From Thermoproteota archaeon (lineage in GTDB: Archaea; Korarchaeota; Korarchaeia; Korarchaeales; Korarchaeaceae): a stretch of 64,000 nucleotides of DNA. Positions 1 through 8,092 of the stretch are shown here, one piece after another. Position numbers and translations under genes: made by a program. The stretch is taken from positions 1-64,000 of the forward strand of contig JAOZFN010000011.1 in NCBI GenBank assembly GCA_027492205.1, read 5' to 3'. Within the stretch, counting starts at the first letter, position 1. Every line of letters begins with the position of its first letter. The notes under the pieces were generated by a model. The model worked only from the letters and a program-made list of their open reading frames with translations. It was not told where the DNA came from and did not search any database.

Positions 1-1509
1 AAGGTCCAGCTGACGGGTAGGCTGGCTGAGATAGAGGAGGCGCTGGTTGAGAGAGGGGTCGAACTCCGAGGAGTTCAATCGGAGCTCGAGAAACTTAGAG
101 CGAAGTTGCAATCTCTCAGGGAGGAGATTCGCTCTCTCTACGAAAGAAAGCACGCCCTCAAGTTTCGGGCTGAAACACTCACCAAGGCGGCCCTCGGTCT
201 CATGGGCCTCGGGGCCGCGGCGCTCTTCCTCTCATTCCTCACCCCCGGAGTCCCCCGCACTCCGGCGGGCGCCCTCCTCGGGATCGGCCTGGCAGTCTTC
301 ACGTACGCATCAAAGCCGAGGGAAGAATTCCGCAGGATCGAGGGGATGATCCCAGCCATGGAAGCTCAGGAGAGATCCATCTCTGAGGAGATACGGAGGG
401 CTCAACGCCGCGAGGCCAAAATCTCCAGAGAGCTTGAGGGGCTGCGGCAGGAGAGGAGTTCTAGACGGGAGGAGCTCCGAGAGGTCACTGACACCATGGC
501 GTCCCTGACCCGAGATCTGAGGTCGCAGGGCGTCGATCTGCCCCAAGACCTGGCTGACCCGGAATCCGTCGATCCGTCGATCATGAGGTGGGAAGAGATC
601 CTGGAGGAGAAGAGGGCGGAGGCTGCCAAGAGAGAGGAGAACAAGAAACACCTCCTCGAGAAGGAGAGCGACTTGAGGGGCGCCGTTGAAGGGCTGAGAG
701 GTGCCCCCGAGAGGCTCAAGGAGATGGAGAGGGAGTTCGGTAAGGTAAAGGAGGAGCTGGAGAGCCTCACCGAGAGACTGAGGAGACTCGCGGAGCCCGA
801 GCTTCCGGAGCACCTCAGGCCCTACTCCGACGGGCTCCTGGAGTCTTACCAGGAGAGGTTCACCGCGGCCTCCGAGGAGGTTGCAAGAAGGGAGAAGGAG
901 CTGGAGAACCTTCGCGAGAGGAGGAGAGAGCTCGAAGAAGAGCTGAAGGCCCTCGAGGGCATCGAGGAGAAGGTCAAGGACGCTGAGGACAGGCTGAAAG
1001 AGCTCGAGAGGGAACTCAAGGTCGTGAGGCTCGCTATAAGCCTCCTCGAGGACTCGGCAGAGGCCACCAGGAGGTCCATAAGGCCCGCCATCGAGGAGGG
1101 CATGTCCAGGATACTCCCGACGATCACGAGCGGGAGGTACGGCAGGGTCAGGATAGACGAGGCCACGTTCGAGGTCAGCGTGTACGACTCCGACGCCGGG
1201 GCCTACGTGAGGCTGGACAGGTTCAGCGGGGGAACCGTCGACCAGGTCCTCCTGGCCATGAGGCTGGCCTTCACGCTCTCGGTCGTCCCCAAGATGAGGG
1301 GCACGCACCCGGAGTTCCTCTTCATGGACGAGGTCCTGGCATCGAGCGACTCCGACAGGAGGCGCCAGATAATGGAGCTGGTGGCCAAGAACCTCAGGAG
1401 GAGCTTCGCCCAGATAGTCGTGATAAGCCACCAGGAGGACGTGCTGAGGCAGGCGGACAGGAGCCTGGTGCTCAGGGAGGGTGAGGTGGTCAGGGCCGGG
1501 GCAACCTGA
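1..1509 (+). CDS. SMC/Rad50/SbcC-like ABC ATPase, C-terminal part (5' end outside the window), with an internal transmembrane hairpin (YhaN-like)
   Basis: Frame open from base 1. Long coiled coil, signature FSGGTVDQ, Walker B FLFMDE, D-loop ASSD, H-loop VISH. Hydrophobic hairpin AALGLMGLGAAALFLSFL...ALLGIGLAVFTYA. Confidence 0.88.
   Translation, partial: KVQLTGRLAEIEEALVERGVELRGVQSELEKLRAKLQSLREEIRSLYERKHALKFRAETLTKAALGLMGLGAAALFLSFLTPGVPRTPAGALLGIGLAVFTYASKPREEFRRIEGMIPAMEAQERSISEEIRRAQRREAKISRELEGLRQERSSRREELREVTDTMASLTRDLRSQGVDLPQDLADPESVDPSIMRWEEILEEKRAEAAKREENKKHLLEKESDLRGAVEGLRGAPERLKEMEREFGKVKEELESLTERLRRLAEPELPEHLRPYSDGLLESYQERFTAASEEVARREKELENLRERRRELEEELKALEGIEEKVKDAEDRLKELERELKVVRLAISLLEDSAEATRRSIRPAIEEGMSRILPTITSGRYGRVRIDEATFEVSVYDSDAGAYVRLDRFSGGTVDQVLLAMRLAFTLSVVPKMRGTHPEFLFMDEVLASSDSDRRRQIMELVAKNLRRSFAQIVVISHQEDVLRQADRSLVLREGEVVRAGAT
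1403..1494 (+). repeat. Copy 1 of a ~90-bp repeat (3' end of the SMC/Rad50-like gene)
   Basis: gcttcgcccagatagtcgtgataagccaccaggaggacgtgctgaggcaggcggacaggagcctggtgctcagggagggtgaggtggtcagg; near-identical copies at 5317-5406 and 6154-6243. Confidence 0.95.
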
Positions 1510-1647
1510 TAGGATCTGCTCAGAGTTGGCTCCTAAAGGGGGCCCTCGATTGAGAATGTTGCCGGGGGTCAGGGAGATCGCATAACCATTCAACCCTTAG
1601 TGAGTCAGCCCTAGGCTCCCGGTGAGGCGGGCCGCGGCGCTCATGGC

Positions 1648-1704
1648 TGTCAGTGTGCTTATAAATTAGCTGACAATGGACTGTCAACTTATTTATAAAT
1701 AAGT
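1648..1704. promoter_or_regulatory. AT-rich promoter with inverted repeats upstream of the AAA_14 ATPase
   Basis: TGTCAG(1648)-N16 containing TTATAAA-CTGACA(1670), then the perfect 18-bp palindrome ACTTATTTATAAATAAGT (1687-1704). Confidence 0.6.
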
Positions 1705-3208
1705 GGTCACTCCGACGTCAGAGATGCTCCCAGAGCTGTCCCGCCAGAACCCCTGGTGGGTCGATCCCGGGGCCATAGAGAGGGACCCGCTGATCGAGGC
1801 CTGGGAGAGGTCCAGGCTCCGGTGGGACCCCCGAATAAGGCACACGTTCGACCTGGAGAGCGACGCCGTCTACACGCTCAGAGGTCCCCGGCAGATAGGC
1901 AAGTCAACGACGCTCAAGCTGATGATCAGGGACCTGCTGTCGAGGGGGGTGGAGCCTCAGAGGATACTCTACTACTCCTGCGACCTCGTCGAGGGCCCCA
2001 GGCGCCTGCTCGAGGTGCTGCGCTCTTACCTGGGCTGGGCGAGGAGGCTCACCCGCGAGAGGCTGTACCTCTTTCTAGACGAGGTTTCGTCGGTCAGGGA
2101 TTGGCAGCTGGCGGTCAAACAGCTCGCGGATCTCGGCGAGCTGAGGGGCTGCACCCTCGTGCTGACGGGCTCGCACTCCCTCGACGTGAAGAGATCCTCG
2201 GAGAGGATGCCCGGCAGGAGGGGCCGGGCCTCCACCCCCCTCGACAAGATCATGCTCCCCATGAAGTTCGCCGAGTACGTCGAGAGCCTGGATGAGGAGA
2301 TCGCGGGACTCTTGAGGAGGGCGGGGCTCCTGTCCAGGTCTGAGAGGCTGAGGGTCGTCCAGGAGGTTGCCTCCGGGGACCTGCCCCCGGAGGTGAGCCT
2401 GCTCGCGCCGCTGGTCGACAGGCTAAACGGCCTGCTCGAGAGCTACCTGATCACCGGCGGAATGCCTCGAGCGGTGAACGAGTTCTTGAGCCGCGGGTCC
2501 ATCCCGAGCTCTGCCTATCGGGTCTACGTGGACTTCGTGATCGGGGACCTGGCGAGGTGGGGGCTTCAGGAGCTCTACCTCAGGCAGGTGATACGCGCCG
2601 TCATCGAAACACTGGGCAGTCCAGTCTCCTGGGTCTCCCTCAGGGAGAGGACGGATCTGGGGAGTCACGTTACCGTTCAAAGGTACGTCGACGCTCTCGA
2701 GGCCAGCTTCGTCTTGCTCCGCCTCTACCACCTCAACTCAGTGAGATCGGGGCCCGACCCGAGGAAGAACAAGAAGCTCTACATCAGGGATCCCTTCCTG
2801 TTCCACGCGCTGAGGGGCTGGGTCACGTCGAGCGATCCGTACGAGGAGAGTCTCAGGGCAGTGGGGGATCCGGAGCTCGCCTCCAGGCTGGTCGAGGGGG
2901 TGGTGGCCGACCACCTCGTGAGGCTGGCCTTCGCGGCCTCCGAGGCTCCGGAGAGCTTTGAGTGCGAGAACTTCCTCCTGTACTGGAGGGGTAAGAAGGG
3001 GCGCGAGGTGGACTTCGCGCTCAGGCTTCGAAGCCGCTGGCTACCCGTCGAGGTGAAGTTTCAGCGGAGCGTCGGGAGGGGCGATCTGACGGGGATCCTC
3101 AGGTTCAGGGGAGGTGGGAGGGGTGGAATCGTGCTGACCAGAGACCTGCTGGGTGAGAGGGCCGGCGTCTCGATGGTCCCCGCATCACTCTTCCTCCTGC
3201 TCGTCTGA
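1703..3208 (+). CDS. AAA_14 family ATP-binding protein with C-terminal DUF4143 (PD-(D/E)XK-like) domain
   Basis: QNPWW start, Walker A GPRQIGKS, Walker B FLDEV, TGS, YLITGGMP, KKLYIRDP, EVDF...VEVK. The true start may be ATG 1724. Confidence 0.9.
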   Translation: MVTPTSEMLPELSRQNPWWVDPGAIERDPLIEAWERSRLRWDPRIRHTFDLESDAVYTLRGPRQIGKSTTLKLMIRDLLSRGVEPQRILYYSCDLVEGPRRLLEVLRSYLGWARRLTRERLYLFLDEVSSVRDWQLAVKQLADLGELRGCTLVLTGSHSLDVKRSSERMPGRRGRASTPLDKIMLPMKFAEYVESLDEEIAGLLRRAGLLSRSERLRVVQEVASGDLPPEVSLLAPLVDRLNGLLESYLITGGMPRAVNEFLSRGSIPSSAYRVYVDFVIGDLARWGLQELYLRQVIRAVIETLGSPVSWVSLRERTDLGSHVTVQRYVDALEASFVLLRLYHLNSVRSGPDPRKNKKLYIRDPFLFHALRGWVTSSDPYEESLRAVGDPELASRLVEGVVADHLVRLAFAASEAPESFECENFLLYWRGKKGREVDFALRLRSRWLPVEVKFQRSVGRGDLTGILRFRGGGRGGIVLTRDLLGERAGVSMVPASLFLLLV

Positions 3209-3305
3209 GTCCGCGAACCCACAATTCTTCTCTAGGGGGCGGCCTGAGTCAGGTTGAGGAAGTTTCCGATCGGAGAACCATTTTTAGCAGGGGCAGACCT
3301 TATCC

Positions 3306-4349
3306 TTGATGAGCCCCGTCACTGGGATCACGTTTACCGACTTCAAGGGAATAAGAAAGGGACGCGTGAGCCTGGAGAGGTTCACCCTACTCATCGGGAG
3401 GAACAACTCTGGCAAGAGCTCCGTGCTGGAGGCGCTGTTTCTGCTTCCCCTCCCCTACAGGGAAACCCCTTACGGAAACGCCCTGTCGGCGATCAGGTCT
3501 CTTCACGACACCCTGGGGAGCAGGAGCTTCTCGTTCCTCCTCAGGGACTACATCTCAGAGGGGTGCAGGGTGGAGTACGACGTGGACAATGGAGTCAGGG
3601 CCGCCTTCTCGTGCGTCCCAGCGGACGGGGTGATTGACGCGGAGATGAGCTGGTTCAAAGGCGCAGACCGCGCGGCCTCGATGAGGCTGAGATTGGGGGA
3701 GGGACTAGAACTCCTACACCCAAAGGTACACGAGATCTCAGAGATTAGGAAGAAGCTCAAGTCGCTGGGGGTTCCAGAGACCCTGCTCATTCACCCCAGC
3801 CTGATTCAGGCGGGCTGGGACTACATCAAGGCTCAGTGGGGGAGGGTGACGCAGCGTGGCCTCGACAGGAAGGTCGCGAGGGAGCTGAGCAGGCTCGTCG
3901 GGGGGAATTACGTGGGAATGACCCTCGAGCCCCTCTTGAGGGAGAAGATCTCGCTGAACCTTCAGGATGAGGAGGGGAGGAGGATAAGGCTGGGCGACCT
4001 TGGAGATGGCGTCCAGATACTCGCCACGGTCATGCTCCTCGTGAGGCTGACCGGGCCCGATCTGCTCCTGTGGGACGACCTGGAGGCGCACCTGAATCCA
4101 CAGCTCCTGTCCTTCACCCTACGATGGCTGGATGAACTGGCCGCGGGCGGAGTGCAGGTGGTCACCTCGACCCACAGCCTCGAGGTCCTCCGTTACGCGT
4201 CTCAGCTCCTCGGCGACAGGGAGTGGTTCGGTGTGAGGCTGCTCACGCTTAGGGACGGAGAGCTCAGGCCGATCTCCCTCACCAGAGACAAGCTGGATGA
4301 GCTTCTCGAGGCTGGCGTAGATGTGAGGGTGGCGGAGGCTCTTCTATGA
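3306..4349 (+). CDS. AAA_15/AAA_21 (OLD/AbiEii-type) ABC ATPase
   Basis: FKGI, Walker A GRNNSGKS, signature LGDG, Walker B LLWDDLEAHL, H-loop STHS. Confidence 0.88.
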   Translation: MMSPVTGITFTDFKGIRKGRVSLERFTLLIGRNNSGKSSVLEALFLLPLPYRETPYGNALSAIRSLHDTLGSRSFSFLLRDYISEGCRVEYDVDNGVRAAFSCVPADGVIDAEMSWFKGADRAASMRLRLGEGLELLHPKVHEISEIRKKLKSLGVPETLLIHPSLIQAGWDYIKAQWGRVTQRGLDRKVARELSRLVGGNYVGMTLEPLLREKISLNLQDEEGRRIRLGDLGDGVQILATVMLLVRLTGPDLLLWDDLEAHLNPQLLSFTLRWLDELAAGGVQVVTSTHSLEVLRYASQLLGDREWFGVRLLTLRDGELRPISLTRDKLDELLEAGVDVRVAEALL

Positions 4350-5071
4350 GGCTGGCACCCCTCTCTCCCACTTCCCCAACGGCCGCGAACCTGGAGAGGT
4401 TCTCTCGACGGCTGGGGCTCAGAGACCTCCTGGTGGCGGAGCTCAGAGACAAGGTCGCTGTTCTGGGAGACGGGACCCCCGACGATCTTGTGCTGGCAGT
4501 GCTTGCGCACAGGCTCGACGGAAGGGACGTCCTGGGAGTCGTAAAACCGGAGTACACGGGTCCATCCTCGGTCAAGGCTGTGAAGGCAATTTACAGCGTT
4601 CCCCAGTTCCGCCGGGTGAGCAGGTTCCTCCTGACCATCGATCAAGAGGACCTAGACCTACCTGAAGTGAGGAGCCGAGTGGAGTGGGAGCTCCGTGCGG
4701 TTGGCATGGCGACGTCAGACCAAGGCGAAGAAGAGGGAGGTAGGTTGCTCCGCTACTCATGCGAGTTTACCGGAGCTGCGCTGGAGCTGATCGTCGTGAT
4801 AAGCGGACTCGACGGGGTTCCTTATCCTAAGCACACGGTTGAGGATCACCTACTGATGGCCGCTGAGCGCCTCCTAGGCGAGGAGTCGGTGCCCTCGGGA
4901 GTGAGAGATCCAAAGAGGGCCTGGGCTATTCTGCGCGAGAGGCACGATGAGATCTTCGCTCGGCTACTGGGGGCAAATCGTGACCTGCTCAGAGAGCTTT
5001 TCCCACAGCACATCCGCGCTCTGGAGATCCTCCATGCGGCGAACTCCGGGGAAGATGACGTGAGTCGATGA
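4346..5071 (+). CDS. DUF3226-like/TOPRIM-like partner of the ATPase
   Basis: ATGA overlap with the ATPase. Acidic motifs GDGTPD, TIDQED and HTVEDHLL are typical of archaeal ATPase-associated TOPRIM-like proteins. Confidence 0.6.
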   Translation: MRLAPLSPTSPTAANLERFSRRLGLRDLLVAELRDKVAVLGDGTPDDLVLAVLAHRLDGRDVLGVVKPEYTGPSSVKAVKAIYSVPQFRRVSRFLLTIDQEDLDLPEVRSRVEWELRAVGMATSDQGEEEGGRLLRYSCEFTGAALELIVVISGLDGVPYPKHTVEDHLLMAAERLLGEESVPSGVRDPKRAWAILRERHDEIFARLLGANRDLLRELFPQHIRALEILHAANSGEDDVSR

Positions 5072-5102
5072 AAGGAAGGAGAGGACCTCTTCTACGTTTA
5101 TT

Positions 5103-5172
5103 TCACACCTCGTCCCACGGCCTGACTCTCCCGGCCTCGGGGGGCTACCCGAAGAGCCTGAGGAAGCAAGGT
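5103..5172. pseudogene. Abutting micro-remnants of antitoxin genes
   Basis: Minus 5138-5103 encodes EAGRVRPWDEV* (cf. EKIRPYDEV at ~9880). Plus 5143-5172 encodes GYPKSLRKQG (cf. HicB GYLESLRKHG at ~7477). Confidence 0.5.
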
Positions 5173-5263
5173 TTGAGCAGCTCTACAGGGAGGATCTCTG
5201 AGATCCTTTGAATGAGAACAGAGTTCGAGCTCTTTGAGAGGCGAATGCCTGGTGTGAAGGTGG

Positions 5264-5417
5264 GCGTGAGGCTTCGTCTCTGCTGACGGAGTTTTTCGGG
5301 GTCGTGGGATCTCGACGCTTCGCCCAGATTGTGGTGATAAGCCACCAAGAGGACGTGCTGAGGCAGGCCGACAGGCACCTGGTGCTCAGGGAGGGGGAGG
5401 TGGTCAACTCGAGCTAG
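5264..5417 (+). repeat. Copy 2 of the SMC 3'-end repeat with ~50-bp upstream arm; displaced C-terminus ...REGEVVNSS*
   Basis: 5317-5406 matches 1403-1492. 5264-5312 resembles 6100-6149 but not the SMC gene. Confidence 0.92.
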
Positions 5418-5512
5418 CCTCTGGGTCCCTGAAGTTCTCTTCCGCTCCTCTGCCCTGACATGGCGTTCGCCCCAGAGACGCTCGGATCCCGGAAGTTTTA
5501 AGGAGGGCTAAG

Positions 5513-5803
5513 GTGAAAGCTTGGATCCAGCCTGTGGAGGGGAAGTTGTTGAACACCGAAGAAGAGCGCCTACTGAGGAGGATTTCCGTGAACCCCAAGG
5601 TCATGGCTGGCAAGCCCGTGATCAGGGGCACCCGGATAACGGTAGAGCAGATACTGCGCCTGCTCGCGCAGGGGCTGTCTCCAGAGGAGATACTTCGAGA
5701 CTTCCCCCACTTGACCGAGGAGGATCTGAGGGCCGCGCTGCTCTACGCCTCTAAGGTCTTGGAGGGTGAGGAGATATTCCCCGCCGCGGAGGCAGAGACC
5801 TGA
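5513..5803 (+). CDS. DUF433 family antitoxin
   Basis: ISVNPKVMAGKPVIRGTRITVEQIL...FPHLTEEDLRAALLYA. The true start may be a downstream TTG (~5546-5549). Confidence 0.93.
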   Translation: MKAWIQPVEGKLLNTEEERLLRRISVNPKVMAGKPVIRGTRITVEQILRLLAQGLSPEEILRDFPHLTEEDLRAALLYASKVLEGEEIFPAAEAET

Positions 5804-6064
5804 AGTTCCTAGTCGACGAGAGCGCCGGGATCGCGCTCCACAGGGAGCTCATCTCAAGGGGTTTTGACTCCAAGTCTGTGATAGAGGAGATGAGGGACGA
5901 GGGGACTGAGGCTGAGGGACGAGAGGACGGAGAATAAGATCCGGCGGACCCTTGATGTTATAGAGAGGTTCGGCCTGGATCTCTACGGTCGGCTGATTGT
6001 GATCTCAGATGCCAGGATTAGGGTCAGGAGGCTTCGGGAGGAGGCCTTCGGCTCTAGTACCTAA
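5800..6064 (+). pseudogene. DUF5615 PIN-like toxin with internal deletion and frameshift
   Basis: CTG start overlapping the antitoxin TGA. N-part KFLVDESAG...SVIEEMR, C-part LRLRDERTENKI...IRVRRL in another frame. The central D-x-E-I/TxDxDF block is missing. Confidence 0.8.
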
Positions 6065-6099
6065 TCCTGCCTCTGAGAGCCTCACATCGGTTGGCCGTA

Positions 6100-6252
6100 G
6101 CGTGGGGGCTTCGCCTCTACCAACGGGGTTTTCGACGTCGTGGAAATCTGGTTTTCGCCCAGATAGTCGTGATAAGCCACCAAGAGGACGTGCTGAGGCA
6201 GGCCGACAGGCACCTGGTGCTCAGGGAGGGGGAGGTGGTCAGGTCAGGCTGA
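6100..6252 (+). repeat. Copy 3 of the SMC 3'-end repeat with ~50-bp upstream arm; displaced C-terminus ...REGEVVRSG*
   Basis: 6154-6243 matches 1405-1494. ATCTGG-N7-CCAGAT inverted repeat at 6146-6164 spans the left boundary. Confidence 0.92.
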
Positions 6253-6432
6253 GCCCGTGCGTGCCTCCCTCTGATGAGCTCGGCGACCTCCCTCCCCTCG
6301 CTTGCCTTGCGCGAGTTGCGATACCGCGCCGCGCTTGATAGGAGGCTAACCTCCTGAGCTGGCTAGATCCCCAACCTCAATAGAGAAGTTTTAATCGCCG
6401 CCTCTCCAATTAGCTTGGTGATCTAGGGAACC

Positions 6433-6684
6433 GTGAAGGTGAACGAGGCGGTTCTAGAACTAATCAAGGACAGGCTCAGGGAGATAGCGGAGAGGCTAAG
6501 GGAGCTGAAGTCTCGAATTCAGTACTTTGAGCGGAAGCACGCAATGTCGAGCAGAGAGTTCCTCAGGAGGTACAGGTCGGGGGAGCTGGGCGACGATCAA
6601 GACTTCATGGAGTGGGAGGCGTGCCTCACGCTGGTTGAGGAGCTAGATAGGGAGAGGGAGGCGCTGAGAGGGGCGCTGGAGTGA
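6433..6684 (+). CDS. Putative antitoxin paired with a DUF6516 toxin (TumA-like)
   Basis: FERKHAMSSREFLRRYRSGELGDDQDFMEW pattern; GTGA overlap with the DUF6516 gene. Confidence 0.8.
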   Translation: MKVNEAVLELIKDRLREIAERLRELKSRIQYFERKHAMSSREFLRRYRSGELGDDQDFMEWEACLTLVEELDREREALRGALE

Positions 6685-7081
6685 GCAGCAGCGAGGTAGC
6701 GTCCTACCTAGAGCGGTTGGTCAGGTCAGCCTCAAACTCACCCTACGTCGAGGGAGTGGGGGTCATCTCGCGATTCATCGACAGGCGAGGGGGATACTTG
6801 AGGTTCCGGGCCGACTTCATCGACGGATCTCGACTCTTCGCCTTCGAGTTTGTGGACGCCCGCCTTAGGAGGCTGAGATACTCCTACCACTACCAGGACG
6901 CGTCCGGAGATCTCATCTTCAGGTATGACAATGCTCCGCACCACCCTGAGGTTCGAACACACCCGCATCACAAGCACACGCCGCAGGGGGTCGTTGAGGC
7001 GGAGAGCCCTCGACATTCTTAGAGGTGCTCTATGAGATTGAGAGGGCTGTTGAGGCGAAGAGGGGGCAACCGAGAGTGTAA
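6681..7081 (+). pseudogene. DUF6516 (TumE-like) toxin, frameshifted near the C-terminus
   Basis: YSYHYQD...IFRYDNAPHHP...THPHHKH. The ORF stops at 7022, while the expected C-terminal helix (PSTFLEVLYEIE) continues in another frame to TAA 7081. Confidence 0.78.
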
Positions 7082-7332
7082 GGGGCTTTTGGCTATAGGG
7101 GGGCTCTCTTGGGCCCTTCCCCCCAGCCTTTCAAGCACAGACAAGGAGCCCCATGAGCCGGGCTCACCAAGATGAACCGAGTGGGTTGAGGCCCACGCTG
7201 GCGCCTTGTCGCACTCAGTCGTCCTGAGGAGCGTTCGACGGCCCTGAGCCCTACCCAAAAGTCCAATTCACTCTGAGCAGAAGCTTCTCTCATGGAACCA
7301 TTTTTAGTTGAAGGCGCCTCCCTCTGATTGAG

Positions 7333-7554
7333 ATGGGCGAGAGGCTGAGGTTCAGGGTGATCATAGAGAGGGACGAGGACGGGATGTACGTGGTTCAGTG
7401 CCCCGCCCTCCCGGGCTGCGTGTCCCAGGGGAGAACTAGGGAGGAGGCCTTGGAGAACATAAAAGACGCCATTAAGGGGTACCTGGAGAGCCTGAGGAAG
7501 CATGGGGAGCCGCTCCCAGAGGTGGAGGAGGACACGGTGGAGGTAGTTGCCTAG
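7333..7554 (+). CDS. hicB: HicB family antitoxin
   Basis: FRVIIERDEDGMYVVQCPALPGCVSQGRTREEALENIKDAI. Confidence 0.95.
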   Translation: MGERLRFRVIIERDEDGMYVVQCPALPGCVSQGRTREEALENIKDAIKGYLESLRKHGEPLPEVEEDTVEVVA

Positions 7555-7612
7555 GCTACCAGTTCTGTCTGGGAGAGAGCTGGTCAAGATCCTCGAGAAG
7601 ATCGGCTACGAG
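7547..7612 (+). pseudogene. hicA: HicA toxin, truncated after ~22 codons
   Basis: MPRLPVLSGRELVKILEKIGYE is a HicA N-terminus. The catalytic GSH motif is absent and the sequence runs into the 3' end of the convergent gene. Confidence 0.85.
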
Positions 7613-8092
7613 GAATCGCGGCTCTTTAGGGCCTTCCTCAACTCGAGGATTACACCCTTCAGCTCCTTGAATTCCTTGCTTTGGTCTACTTCATCTAATA
7701 ACCTCTCAAACTTGGCCTGCACGCGCCTCGCGTTGATGACCCTGTGGAGTTCCTTCCAGTCGCCTGGCAGGCCCAGCTTCGTCACGTCCACCCCCCGCCA
7801 TCCTCGCCGCCCTCAGAACCCAGGCCTCGAGCACCGGGCAGATGATCACGAGATAGGATACTCCACCCATGCTCCTGAGCACCTTGAGGTGGCCTAGGTC
7901 GCGCTCCAGTCTGAACTCCTCCAGGCGTCGAGGTTGAGGCGACTCCGGATCCTCGTCCACGATGCCTATGCTCGGCCCTCTGAGGACCCTCTTTAGGACC
8001 TCTCCTTTGCCGCTGCTGTGCCTTATCTCACGCCCCGGGACTCCGAGCTTCACGATCAGGGCCGCGTCGGGGGAGCACTCCACGTAGATCAC
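7606..8092 (-). pseudogene. TOPRIM-like partner of the AAA ATPase, split by a +1 frameshift in a G6 run (7791-7796)
   Basis: IYVECSPD, GIVDEDP, PVLEAWVL. Removing one G joins RMAG to VDVTKLGLPGDWKELH (ORF 7606-7791). Confidence 0.75.

Noticed and set aside
310-1593. Long antisense and alternate-frame ORFs (e.g. 310-1593, 10524-11477, 16183-17211, 48654-49955, 57065-58573)
   Set aside because: Shadows of real genes in GC-rich DNA; no motifs and atypical composition.
7613-7897. Full 116-aa ORF 7547-7897 as intact HicA
   Set aside because: Beyond residue 22 it is the antisense of the convergent gene and lacks the GSH motif.
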